From positions 1,736,001 through 1,800,000 of the forward strand of contig JAUFOQ010000013.1 of the NCBI GenBank assembly GCA_040285855.1: a DNA stretch of 64,000 nucleotides, written 5' to 3'. Shown here piece after piece: positions 11,515 to 23,001 of the stretch (position 1 is its first letter; every line of letters begins with the position of its first letter). The stretch is from Eukaryota sp. GEM-RC1. Taxonomy: Eukaryota. The notes under the pieces were generated by a model that was not told where the DNA came from, did no database searches, and saw only the letters and a list, made by a program, of their open reading frames with translations. The translations under genes were made by a program, and so were the position numbers.

Positions 11515-12633
11515 TCAAAATTTAAGATCAACACTTAGATCGTATCGTTTCCTCAACTGATCCAACGCATTTACCAATATTTCTTCAAAATATTCATTAT
11601 TTAAAAACCCAAACAATGCATTCACTCTAAGCAAATGGCCATATTCAAAGGCCTTAAACTTACACCCTTCTGATCCATCTGAGTGCCTCACATCAACAAT
11701 TGACTTATCTAGCACTCGAACTCTGATGTGATCATCTAGAAATATTTCTAAATCGTCATTTTTTGAAATATTTGGAAGAAATAGAATTTTGCCTGAATTG
11801 TTACTTTCTCCGTGAGCTGCCCAATAATAATAATGATCTCTAATTGCAAGATGTGATTCACTATTTAAAAAATTATGAATATTTTGAAATCCAATTAAAA
11901 TACGACAATTTTGATTTTCATAATATTTCACTGCATCTTCAAATGAAAATGTTAATGGCAGAGCTTCCATACTTCCTACTGCGAGTAGAACATTGGTGTT
12001 ACAACGGAAAAACACCGCTGTTTTTGAAATTTTTAAATTTTCTGCACCAATGGAATCACAGTAGGAATTAAACATTGGTAAGAACTTTTCAAGATCCTTA
12101 CCAAACGTCCTAAAAGTCAGTAAAATGTTAGACTTTGAATATTTCAATTTTTTGATAAAATTCCAAAACGACGGAACAGTTTCAGAAAGTTCAAAAGTTG
12201 TATTATTTTCCAATATTTTACCCATTACTGACTCATAAATCTCTCTAAATTGAGTCCCCGGATTACCATCATCTGTGAAGGAGCAAAAGTGTTGGTTTCT
12301 AATGTCACGAATGTCCTGGAACATTTTCCTGTTAACTTCCAAGTCTGATGTGGCTGAGGGAAAGGGAAGAAGAAAGTTGGCAATGAAATAAGTGTAAGAA
12401 CAAACAGCTGGGTTTTCCTTACAAGGATTGGATAGAGAGAGGTCGTTATAGGTACAGTTCCAGTACTTACCACAAGGAGAAACAAGTCCGTAAGCAGATT
12501 CAGCAATGAGATGATTGACTACGTCTCCAACAGATTTGTTGGAAGCAATGTCAGAGAGAATGATGGTTTTGTTGAGGTCAAAGTGTAGTCGTATTCGAGG
12601 AGAAGACATTGAAGAATACATTGAAGAAGACAT
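11515..12633 (-). CDS. Conserved hypothetical protein with HAD-like motifs
   Basis: Intact ORF of ~372 aa with N-terminal LHFDLNKTII (HAD motif I-like), RTFGKDL, and IFLDDHI (motif IV-like). Confidence 0.75.
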   Translation of the reverse strand: MSSSMYSSMSSPRIRLHFDLNKTIILSDIASNKSVGDVVNHLIAESAYGLVSPCGKYWNCTYNDLSLSNPCKENPAVCSYTYFIANFLLPFPSATSDLEVNRKMFQDIRDIRNQHFCSFTDDGNPGTQFREIYESVMGKILENNTTFELSETVPSFWNFIKKLKYSKSNILLTFRTFGKDLEKFLPMFNSYCDSIGAENLKISKTAVFFRCNTNVLLAVGSMEALPLTFSFEDAVKYYENQNCRILIGFQNIHNFLNSESHLAIRDHYYYWAAHGESNNSGKILFLPNISKNDDLEIFLDDHIRVRVLDKSIVDVRHSDGSEGCKFKAFEYGHLLRVNALFGFLNNEYFEEILVNALDQLRKRYDLSVDLKF

Positions 12634-12974
12634 TGAAGTTGAGACAAGAAAAAGAGGATTCTTCACGACAACTTATTCCTTCAGTTTACTTTAGTTAACC
12701 AAACTGACAAAGACTGATGGAGCTCTAATAGATCATAGAGCAAGTAGTCATCGTTATGGATAATTAATTTAGCAACCACTAGTTAATCGAAGCAATGTAC
12801 ATCTTTGCAGAGAGAGAATTGTTTAAATGATACATGTCCAGACAAAAAAAGGTATCCTACAGAAAAACCAATGGAAAGATACAACCAAAAGACACAAAAT
12901 CCAAAGACAGCTAATGCTGACAATTCAATCAATAAAGCAAAATTTCCTCCCCAATTGAGCAATTTTCAGACTTC

Positions 12975-15328
12975 ATGTCCCGTTTACCACTCGTATTCCT
13001 ACTACTGGGTCTTCTTCTCTGTGTCACACGCGCAGAAGAAACCCCCGAAACAGAAAATGACTCCATTCCTCCTCCCACAAGGATAGAAGGAGAGACCCAA
13101 CAGTTCCAAGCACAAGTATCTCGTCTCATGGAGCTTATTATCAACTCCCTCTACTCCAACTCAGATATCTTCCTCCGAGAAGTCATTTCCAACGCCTCCG
13201 ACGCTCTTGACCGTATCCGCCACCTTTCCCTTTCAGACCCGTCCGTTCTCCAAGGCTCCACCGCCTTCGAAGTCCGTATCCGCGCTGACAATGACACTCG
13301 CAAGCTCTACATCTCTGATACTGGTATTGGTCTCACCAAACCTCAGCTCGCCGACTACCTTGGTAAAATAGCTAACTCAGGAACTCAGCAGTTCATGGAA
13401 GCCGTAAAGTCTAACGACATGAACGCTATTGGCCAGTTTGGTGTTGGATTCTACTCCTTGTTTTTGGTAGCTGACCTCGTTACTGTTCATACCAAACATC
13501 CTAACGGTACTCATCTTGTCTGGCAGTCTGATGCCAAGGAAGGATACGTGATTGCTGACGAACAAGACCAGGTCTACCTTGATGTCGTCAGAGGTACCAC
13601 TATTGAGCTTGACTTGAAGGAAGATGCTGATGAGTTTTTAAAATTGGATAAACTTGATGAGCTCATTAATAGGTATTCTGGATTCATCACCTTCCCTATT
13701 TATCTTTATGATTACGAAGAAGTAGAAGTCGAAACTCCTGAAAAGCCTGATATCGAAGAAAAAGAAACTGAAGAAGAATTAGACATTGAAGAAACTGAAG
13801 AAGTTGAGGATGAACAAGAAGAATCTAAAGAGAAGGAAACTGAGCTCAACTGGTTCTGGCGTCACGTCAACAATCAACCAGCTATTTGGATGAGAAAACC
13901 CAAGGAAGTTTCAAAGGAAGAATATGATACTTTCTATACCTCACTTACTGGTGATGACGAGTCTCCGTTAGCTCATATTCATTTCAAAGCAGAAGGTGAG
14001 TATGAGTTTAGAGGATTGATGTTTGTTCCCAGCCGTCACGTCACCAATTTGATTGATGAGTTTGAGAAATCACGACTTCGATTGTACGTTAAGAGAGTTT
14101 TCATTGGTGATGAAATTCCTGAATTGTTACCAAGATGGTTGAACTTTTTGAGAGGAATTGTTGATTCTGATGATTTGCCTTTGAACGTATCACGTGAACA
14201 GCTCCAAAAAACACGTGCTTTAAGAGCTATTCAGAACAGACTTGTCAAAAAGCTCTTGATATGCTCAAGAAATTGGCCAAAGATTCTCCTGATGAATATT
14301 CTAAATTTTATGAGAATTTCGGTAGATTCTTGAAGGTCGGAATGATTGAAGATTCCAAATCACGAGAAAAACTTTCCAGATTAATGAGATTTTCTTCTTC
14401 ATTTACTGGTGCTGACAACATTACTTCCTTTGAGGAGTATATCTCCCGTATGCCCAATCATCAAACTCAAATCTACTACGCAGTTGCTGACTCCCTTGAA
14501 TCTGGTCTGGCACTTCCCTTTGTTGAACAACTACATTTAGCTGGATATGAAGTCATTGTGTTTACCGATCCTATTGATGAACCAGCTGTTGCTCATTTAG
14601 GAAGGTTTGAAGATCACGAAATCGTCCCTGCATCTAAGGAAGATGTCAAAGCTTCTGATAAAGATGAAGATCCCGAGTTTGAACGATTAGAAACTGATTA
14701 TGAGCCTTTAAGGAAGCATATTAAAGAAGTCTTGGGAAGTCAAGTTGAGAAAGTCGTGATTTCAAAGCGATTGGTCTCTTCTCCTGCCACTTTGGTTCAT
14801 CCAACTGGATCTGCTTCCGCTAACATGGAACGTTTGATTAAACAACAACAACAATTAGACCCTAATTCTAGAAACAACGCTGTCAATCAACGTAGAATTC
14901 TTGAAGTTAATCCTCACCATCCCGTTTTACAAGGATTAAAGGATAAACTTGCTTTACTTCCTGATGAAGCTGATGAAGAGGAAACCTTTGAAGCTGATTT
15001 AGACTCTGCTTTGATTAAGCAAAGAAAGGACGAAATTGCGTCAGCAGTTCAATTGCTTCATGATGCCGCTCTTTTACAATCTGGATATGAATTTAGTGAT
15101 TTGAATGCATTGGCTAAGAGAATCTATAATATTTTGTCTCATGATTTAGGTGTACATGCTGATGTTGATATTTCTTCAATAATGAAGAATGTTCGCAAAG
15201 CTAGTGATGTAGTTGAAGAAGCAGAAGAGGAAGAAGTAAACGAAGAAGACTTTGATGAAGGTGATTTTGAAGAAGAAGCAGAAGGCGAAGCTGATGCTTT
15301 TGAAGAAGCCGAATTTGATGAACTTTAA
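12975..15328 (+). CDS. HSP90B1: ER Hsp90 (GRP94/endoplasmin), copy 1; 1-bp shortfall in an A-run at ~14247-14251, likely a sequencing error
   Basis: Signal peptide, INSLYSNSDIFLREVISNASDALD, IGQFGVGFYS, LYVKRVFI, GIVDSDDLPLNVSRE and C-terminal FDEL. The A-run has 5 A here and 6 in copy 2. Confidence 0.93.
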
Positions 15329-17099
15329 AGAATAAATTTGGTGTATTTTTAATTTTTGTTTGTTTTCGTTTCTCTAATCTGATTGGTTATGTTATTCAAT
15401 CAATTGTCACTTATGATATCGTTTCATATTATTGTTGTTTGTAATTTGGTAAGCAACATTGAATCATCTTGAAATTTGCTCTAACATTGTTTTTATCTCT
15501 TGTTTAGTACAATAGATCTACACTCAACAACTCTCACAGTATAAGGATTTCAAGTCTTATCCTTCTAAGATTAGAAACATTCTAATCAAAGTAAAAGTTC
15601 GATGATCTAATGACGGTGACCTAGACGTGTTGGATCGTTTCGAAGAGACAGATGTTGACTTACTTTGGATTCTCATAAACATTTGTTATCAGTAACTGCT
15701 GACAATTGTAATAGCTGATGTACTTCAGTCCTTGAATGTCTTTAAAGATTTCGTGACAGTCAATAAAACGGAATACTAGCAGAATGTTTATCATTAGTCT
15801 AACCATTGTAGTTCAATGAATGAATGAATGAATCAATGAGGTCTGTATTGGTATCCATCTATATCTAATACATCAGCCGTTGTCATTGTGAATGTTTCCG
15901 AAACCGTGGTTGATGCAGAGAGGAGGTATACACAGATCTTCATAGTCATTCAAGATTTCAAACAAAGACAGGCTGTAAAGGAGGAACACTGAAAGTAACG
16001 GAAATATACCCGCGATGTCTTCACTGTTCATCTGTTGTACGACTAATCAACGAGACTAAGGACAGAACAATAAGTAATCCATAGAATGATGGAGACCTGT
16101 GGAGACAGATAGGAAAGATATTAGAAGTGTCGCCGTACTACGGAAGGAACATCTCTCATCGAAAGTACTCAAGGCAACTTTGGGACGTAAAGAACTTGTA
16201 ACTAAAACTGAGTCGGAATAGGAATTTATGGTCACATAGTGCAGAAACATGTTGCTTCAGAGAGTATCGTGGTTATAAGACCGTCATCTTTCTCGTGCTG
16301 GTTTGCGCTGTCAGAACGCTGTTGTATTTACAGATATCTCCGATTGTCTCTCTCCACGTTAGCTTTACGTCCTCCTCTCTGCTCTTCCCTCCCTGTTTAG
16401 TTCACTGCCGTCACGTTCTGGTGACTCTCCACTCTCTCTCAATCACCAATCCTTTCTTCTCATGATCTCACTTTGATGAAGTTATCTCCATCTTAGCTAC
16501 CACTTATCTCATTCTTAAGTCAACGTGCTGACACGTGTTGGTCTTATGTTCTCGATGTTTACTTCTCATCATTGTTGGCTCAAGCAAACCCACTTACTTC
16601 ACTTAGAATAAGTATTTGATGACGTTTTCTTGAGCTCTACTGTTATCGAACAATGCTTTTTCATCATACACTTTTTAAATGTTGTTTGATATGAATATCA
16701 AAAGAATTCTTTGTACTTCCTTTTGTTGCAAGTCACGTGTGTTTTACGTGGGTCTAATTAGACCAGCATTTTGTATCCTTGCTTGTTATTTCCTGATTTT
16801 TTAATTTCTGTGAATAATTTGATAACCTGACATTGTTTTCTTTTTAAAAAATTCAGATATATTCCAATAGTTAAAATATCTACTCAAATGTTAAAATTGT
16901 TTATTGTGTAGTTCTATCCGATGGAGGAAGGAATTTTTCGCCATTCAGAACTTCTATTTTTAAAATTTAAAATTTGTTTTCCAAGTTAGAGTGATGTCGA
17001 GTCCTCAGCTGGGAGGATTCGGCATAGTGATTCTGCTGATTGGGGAGGCGACCTGGGACCTTGAAGAGAGAGTGAAGGGTCCAGAAGAGAAGAGTGAAG

Positions 17100-17256
17100 G
17101 GTCCGAGAGTTCAGGGAGGGCGGACCTTGGAAAGAAGAGAAGAGGGTCCGAGAGTTCAGGGAGCGGACCAAGGAAGAAGAGAGGAGGGTCCGTAGGATTC
17201 AGGGAGCGGACCAAAGAAGGAAGAGAGGAGGGTCCGTAGGATTCAGGGAGTGGACC
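17100..17256 (-). repeat. Array of four ~42-45 bp hairpin units downstream of the Arg-rich orphan gene (copy 1)
   Basis: Each unit is GGTCCG-N13..15-YGGACC, separated by almost purely purine linkers on the + strand. Confidence 0.85.
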
Positions 17257-17277
17257 AAAGAAAGAAGAGAAGAGGGA

Positions 17278-18363
17278 TTACAGAAGTCCAAGATCTCCTA
17301 CCAATCTTCTTATCCAATCTTTAATCCCGGAAACGGACATCCTGGATAAACAACCAGCTGAGATGACAGCTAATTGTTCCTTTGATAAGGAATGATGCAT
17401 GATGGCACCCGCTACAAGAGAACAATGACGTTGAAAATCAGTCATCTCTTATAGGGGAATTCTAAGCAATTCATTAAATACCAATGTTGCTTTTCCTTTT
17501 CCTTTCTCAACATTGGACGTAAGATTGGATTGAAGTGAGTTTAATGATTTTGCCGCTTCGAATGGCAATCCAAAAATATGGATGATTCTAGAAATTCGTA
17601 GCTGGGCTAAATTATGTGGGGTTATAGATCTGCCACCCTTCTTCACCAAATCTCTCTCTTCATTCATTCTGTACTTTCTTGCGGTTAGAGGCAAGAAGTA
17701 TGAGTCCGGGCTTACCTCTACCTTTCTCCCTATAATCTCTCCAGCATCATTAATACAATTGAATATCATGGCTTCCTCAGGGAAACCATTATTCGCGGGG
17801 TACTTTGATTTTGACACTTTGTCTTCTACGAAATCTGTTGTTGCTGCCACATAGGTTAGCGTGGTGGCAGGACGAGAAGGAAGAGAAGAAGAAGGAATAG
17901 AAGAAGCGGAAGGAGACGGAAGAGAAGAAGGAAGAGAAGAAGCAGAAGAAGATTCTGATGATTTGGACTTCTTTGGTCTTCTGCGATTTCTGCGTTTTCT
18001 TGTACTCTTTTCCTCGACAGTAGTATCTGGAGTCTCAGTCTCGACAGTAGTATCTGGAGTCTCAGTCTCAACAGTAGTATCTGGAGGAGAGGAAGATGGA
18101 AGAGGAGGCGAAGAAGCAGAAGAAGATTCGGGTGTTTTGGACTTCTTTGATCTTCTGCGATTTCTGCGTTTTCTTGTATTCTTTTCCTCGACAGTAGTAT
18201 CTGGAGTCTTAGTCTCAACAGGAACCTCGACAGCAGTAACAGGAGAGGAAGAAGGAAGAGGAGGAGAAGGAATAAGGGAGGGTGAAGAAGATTCTGAAGG
18301 AAGAGGAGGAGGATAAGGAATAAGGGAAGTAGAAGAAGATTCTGGAGTTTTAGTGCTTGTCAT
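17278..18363 (-). pseudogene. Orphan gene (Ser/Pro-rich N-terminus, 2x TRKRRNRRR, ~185-aa C-terminal domain), copy 1 with premature TAA at 17449-17451
   Basis: Copy 2 has GAA at the equivalent codon and reads on to ...LVGDLGLL*, which maps to the stop at 17278. Confidence 0.65.
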
Positions 18364-18519
18364 TTTGCAGGAATGTATGAAATGTAATACAATCTGTTAT
18401 TTGCTCACTTTAACAACTACCATTCATTTTCCTCATTTAAAAAAAAATCAATAGTATCAAGACTATTGATGCAGGGTTCAACAAGTTCAACCATATACTA
18501 CTATCATTCACTTTTACCA

Positions 18520-18655
18520 CTATGTATCATTTTCTAATAAGAATATTTCTTCAGGAACTTTAAAGTCTAATCCAACTGTTTCAGCAAAAACCTTATCGCA
18601 ATCGGAATGATCATCTAATCGTCCTGCTGCATCTCCACAAAAGAATCCTTCTTTT
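18520..18655 (-). pseudogene. C-terminal fragment of a polynucleotide 3'-phosphatase (PNK3P/TPP1-like HAD)
   Basis: Minus strand translates to EGFFCGDAAGRLDDHSDCDKVFAETVGLDFKVPEEIF, matching the GDAAGR..D.S..D..FA...G..F..PEE.F motif. Not in the ORF track. Confidence 0.75.
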
Positions 18656-18993
18656 TTTATTCTTCCAAATGCTTTATAGTATAGAGGATTCCTCTATCAA
18701 TGGTTAGGAAGTCTATGAAACTGTCGGCCTGCTGCCTCCCCCGTGTTGATGCAAAAATCCGCAATAAACCTTGACAGGTTAGAGCAGATGGCTTGCCTCG
18801 CAATAGAAGATTCGTTAGGCGGAATGCGGTTTGACCCACACAGTTCACAGCAAATGCTATCGCTAATAGTAGAATCCTCATTCCACTGAAGTGGATTGGA
18901 GACGATAGTGTTTATAACAGCCGCCATTCCATGAGACTTTTTGACTTCAATACAACTTTTTTTGACTTCTTCACAGTCTTCAGCTTCTTGGAA

Positions 18994-19668
18994 CTAACTC
19001 AGACTTCCAGGGTTACCCCCATCATCCAACTTCATAGAACTGACCCCTTTAGGTTTAAACCATAAAGATGCCAACCAACCAAACAAGAACCGCATTATTA
19101 CACATACGGCATAGATAAATCCTCCTGTTGGTTGGGATTTTGAATGCTGACTTCCATCGACTACAGGCCGACTTTCATCAACTAATGGCTGCTTTTGCAC
19201 CTTAGCTTTAGCTTTTGAAGGCTTGGGCTTGGGGCGCTCAACAGCGGTTGCAATCACATTTACCTCCTCCTTAAAGGACTTGGCCAACGTGAATTTTGGT
19301 TCTGGTTTGACGTACTTGCGCGTTGCCTTAGAGTTAGCAGGCGTTGCACTAGCGGGGGTCAGGACCTTACCATTTTTGATATTACGGGACTTTTTGCTTT
19401 TGCGCGGTGCCTTTGATTGCTCAGGCGTTGCACTTGGCTTTTTGTCAATTGTTGTGTTGCATTCTTTCCCCGTCTCGACAGCGGTCGCAGAGGGAGGCAA
19501 AATGGCTTGTGGTTCATCCACTCGTTCCGGCGTAACTACCCCACTTGGGGTTGAAAGAATACCAGTCGGAGGCAAGCTGTTAAGCAGGGGTTCTTCATTT
19601 CGGACGATTGAAGGCGTTGCGCTAGAGGGCACAACAGACAAGGACTCAGTATCAGATACAGAAGACAT
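18994..19668 (-). CDS. Hypothetical Ser/Pro/Lys-rich protein with a C-terminal hydrophobic segment
   Basis: ORF of ~224 aa in a visibly more GC-rich stretch; FIYAVCVIMRFLFGWLASLWF is TM-like. Confidence 0.45.
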   Translation of the reverse strand: MSSVSDTESLSVVPSSATPSIVRNEEPLLNSLPPTGILSTPSGVVTPERVDEPQAILPPSATAVETGKECNTTIDKKPSATPEQSKAPRKSKKSRNIKNGKVLTPASATPANSKATRKYVKPEPKFTLAKSFKEEVNVIATAVERPKPKPSKAKAKVQKQPLVDESRPVVDGSQHSKSQPTGGFIYAVCVIMRFLFGWLASLWFKPKGVSSMKLDDGGNPGSLS

Positions 19669-19710
19669 TGTCAAAATAATTATAACTTTAATCAATTTAA
19701 TAAATAGCCA

Positions 19711-19838
19711 TATAAGAGTTTATTTGCAACAATAAATTAATACATACTAATTCAGAAAATGAAAGAAGTTAAATTCTCCACATCAACACGAGAATTGTCC
19801 CTATACAACTTCGAATAAATGGAACATAAATACTTGGG
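19711..19838 (-). mobile_element. 128-bp 5'-truncated 3' end of CRE-like family 1, with a 13-bp target-site duplication
   Basis: Identical to the element ends at ~42032 and 48141; ATTTAATAAATAG is repeated at 19695-19707 and 19840-19852. Confidence 0.85.
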
Positions 19839-19884
19839 CATTTAATAAATAGTATTCATTTGTAGGGGGGTATTCACTTTCATA

Positions 19885-21345
19885 TTCATTGAAATCTATG
19901 TCTGGTGTTAAACAAGGAGATCCTCTTGGTCCTCTTTTTCTTTTTTTTGGCTATTCATGATTCGCTTTTGTGTATTTAAAAAATTACCCAGACCTTAAGA
20001 TAGTTGGCTATATAAATGATATTTCTATTATTGGCCCCCTTGAATTGTTAAAAAAAGTCGCTGTGGAAGTGGCTGATATTTATGAAACATTGGGTTTATC
20101 TCTGAACCCAGACAAATGTTTATTAATTGGTAGATCTGCACAAGAATTATTTATTAGTAGAGTTCAGATTCCATTTATCAATTATGTTGAAGATGCTTTT
20201 CGTTTTCTAGGATGTTGGCTTGGGAATGTTCCTAAAATTTCTCAAGAATTATCTAATTGTTTGGAAAAAATTGGTTCAGAACTCAAACCAATTTTTTCAT
20301 ATGATATTGAAAACCATATCAAGTTTTTTACTTTAAAAATTTGCTACTCCGGAAAATCCACACATCTTTTGAGATCTACTGCTCCTTCAATCGCTCTGAA
20401 CTTTTGTAGATCTTTTAACGAGTTGAGGATAAATTTTTTACCAAATCATCAATTCTTTGCAAATCTGCTTTTTTAGGCGGTGGAAAAATTCCATTTTTGA
20501 ATTTGCTATTCGATTTCCTAATGATGTTTCACTTATTAACCCCAATTTATGTATATATATTATTTGACTTAAACGAAGCGTTCATCAAATTACCTTTTGA
20601 AGTTTGGTCTCAGTGTTTTCCAGAATCTGTGTCTCAAATCCCTGAAAGATGTTTGACTAAGCTTCAGTTCTGTCTGAAAAATTTACAACAGAAACTCACA
20701 AATATTTTTGAAAGATTGGATTATAATGTTCGACTTGGTATGACCAAGAAAAAAATGCCGATTTTGCAAATTTCTTAACTGATGTTTCAAATAGCTCTGC
20801 TTCATGTCTGATTACTCAAATCCCTCGATTTTAGGGTCTTCTTCTTGATGATAACTCTTGGTCATTGAACATGCGTTTACGGTCATATATTTGGCCTGAT
20901 AACCTTCCACATAGATTTAAACGCCAATGTGGGTCATCTGTAACACCTACACATTTATTGAATTCTAACCGTTTTATATCTTTTAGAATTAAGGTTCATG
21001 ATTCAGCAAGGGATCAATTATATTGTATGTGTAAATCTTATGGAATAGTTTCCTTTTAGAACCAGTTCTGGCTGGTTTGTTTGATGATACGGATGATGAC
21101 AAATCGTTTGGAAATAGCCGTGGTGATGTCATATTTCCTGGTCCCGATGGTTCTTTCATTATTTCTGATGTTATGTTTATGATGTTTGTAATGATTCCAA
21201 CAAGAAACTTGCTAAATCCAATGCTAAAAACCCTCTGTTGATTGGTGAAAACATTTAAAAAGAAAAAATATTGTGCTAAATGGAAATTTTGAATTCGGTT
21301 TCACACTCGAATTACTTGTTGTACTCGTTTGTGGTTTCACAGTAC
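19885..21345 (+). mobile_element. Degenerate CRE-like non-LTR retrotransposon, family 2 (partial RT through RLE)
   Basis: SGVKQGDPLGPL, GYINDISI (YxDD-derived), FRFLGCWLG, NMRLR, QCG..THLL, HDSARD, SRGDV; many stops and frameshifts. Confidence 0.85.
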
Positions 21346-21995
21346 TCCAAAAAATTTATTCAATTTCGATCAGTTCTTCATAATGCTGTCAGAAATGTTA
21401 CATTTGACATGTTTAAGGCTCATGGATTTCATGCCAAAGTTGAATTCTTATTTAGTAAGTTAGGTCTCGATTTGATTGATAATTCTCGTCGAGGTGACTT
21501 ACATGGTCCTTTGATGATTCTAGTCAAATTATCCTTGATGTTACAACAGTAGATCCATGTGCTCAAACTTTTGTTAATGGCTTAAATTCAAACGGTTTTT
21601 ATCACCTAGAAACAGCTGAAAAACGTAAAATGGATTTGTATTCCAAAGATGTTGCTAAACTCAATCAAAATTTATATTCAAAATATATATTTGTTGTATT
21701 TGATATCTCTATTTTTGGTAGTATTGGTGAAATGGCTTCTAAGTTTTTAACTGATTTTGGATCTATGTGTAAGTCTCAGAATAAGTGATTTAACTTATCA
21801 ATTTGGCATAACCGTTTGATTTTTTCTTTGTTCCGTTCCGTGCCTCAGTTCTATAAATCAATATTCACAAAGTTGTATAAAAACTGTGGTACTGTTGACC
21901 AGGAATTTTCGATGTCTAGTGTTTCATAGTGAGCCTTGAAGACTGACTGGCTGAGATGTTTGTATTTTACTTGTATTTTATGTATTTTTCAAATG
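21346..21995 (+). mobile_element. 3' fragment of another CRE-like family fused to family 2
   Basis: KKFIQFRSVLHNAVRNVTFDMFK..SRRGDL..DVTTVDPC..ETAEKRK, related to but distinct from family 1. Confidence 0.8.
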
Positions 21996-23001
21996 AAAGT
22001 ATATTTTTCTACCCTCCATCAATAAACTGTTTTGAAGCAAAACAAAACTAACTTTACTAACTTGAACCTTGGTCACAATAAGATGATTCTTCAAGAAACT
22101 TCTTTAATTGATCTCTAATAGGAATGTTGTTTGGAATCATTCATCTTCTTTTATGGGTATTGATAGCCCACTTAAAACTATTTCAAGAAGTGTTTGGTCT
22201 CTCATTAGTTTTTAAATAACAGCTGCAGGAAATCCATCACTTTCTCCACTTTTTATTTAAAAAAGTTGTCCATGCGGTTAACCGTTTCTCAATACGGTCG
22301 CTGTGCAATCATTTTGACTGTGAGGGTCAACCGCAAAATCTATTAATAGCTTCAACTACATGTCAACTAATTACAACTGACAATTTGAGAAGCCTGTCTA
22401 TTTGGTTTGAGGAAAATGCTCAACTATTTCCGAAAACATTCTCTTCAAGATTTCCCAGTCATTATTTATTTATTATATTTTTCAAATAACAGCTGTCAGG
22501 AAATCCATCACTTTCTCCACTATTTTAAACAAAGTGGTCCATGCTTAACTACACAGTAAAATGACTTCAGAATCTTCACCATCCCCACATCTTGGAACTT
22601 GTACTTAAACTACTACGTTAAAAAAAAAACCACTAGTTTCTGTCTATTTGGTTTCCTTTAAAGAAACTTAAATCGAATACTCAGACAAATGATATTGACT
22701 TATTATGACGTACATCTTCTAAAGTCCTATCTACCTAGATAATAGATGCTTTAGATAGTCAACTTGATTTTGCTAAAGCTCTCATCTATGAGTGGATTGG
22801 TCGAGTGATGTATCTTGAGACATCAGTAAATGCTGATATTGATACGATTCGACCAAAGTTGTATCTAACCACACTTCTCTTTACGGTTAAAGCAAGTGAA
22901 CATACACTCTGAAAGTTAATCAATTGTTAAGATGATCCCTACTGGACTTTGTGATTGGATTTGGTGGAGATTAGGCAAAATCGATTTGTATATAAGATTA
23001 T

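Larger units (their letters stand above)
12879..18100. repeat. Left arm of a ~5.2-kb inverted duplication (partner 23007-28218)
   Basis: Reverse-complement match from atacaaccaaaagac (12879/28218) to ggaagatgga (18100/23007). Confidence 0.95.

Noticed and set aside
14240..14260. Programmed frameshifting or pseudogenisation of GRP94 (also at 28024) and UFD2 (32150, 32452)
   Set aside because: Every break is a 1-bp change in a homopolymer, and the two GRP94 copies break at different sites. Long-read consensus error is the simplest explanation.
17100..17256. CRISPR-like array (palindromic repeats at regular spacing)
   Set aside because: The linkers are near-identical low-complexity tracts rather than unique spacers, there are no cas genes, and the context is eukaryotic.
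18994..19838. 3' transduction of the Lys/Pro-rich ORF by the CRE family 1 element
   Set aside because: The 128-bp fragment has its own 13-bp TSD, so it inserted independently.
22170..22660. Degenerate ~270-bp direct repeat with coding-like remnants
   Set aside because: Too decayed to identify, with multiple stops in the frames examined.
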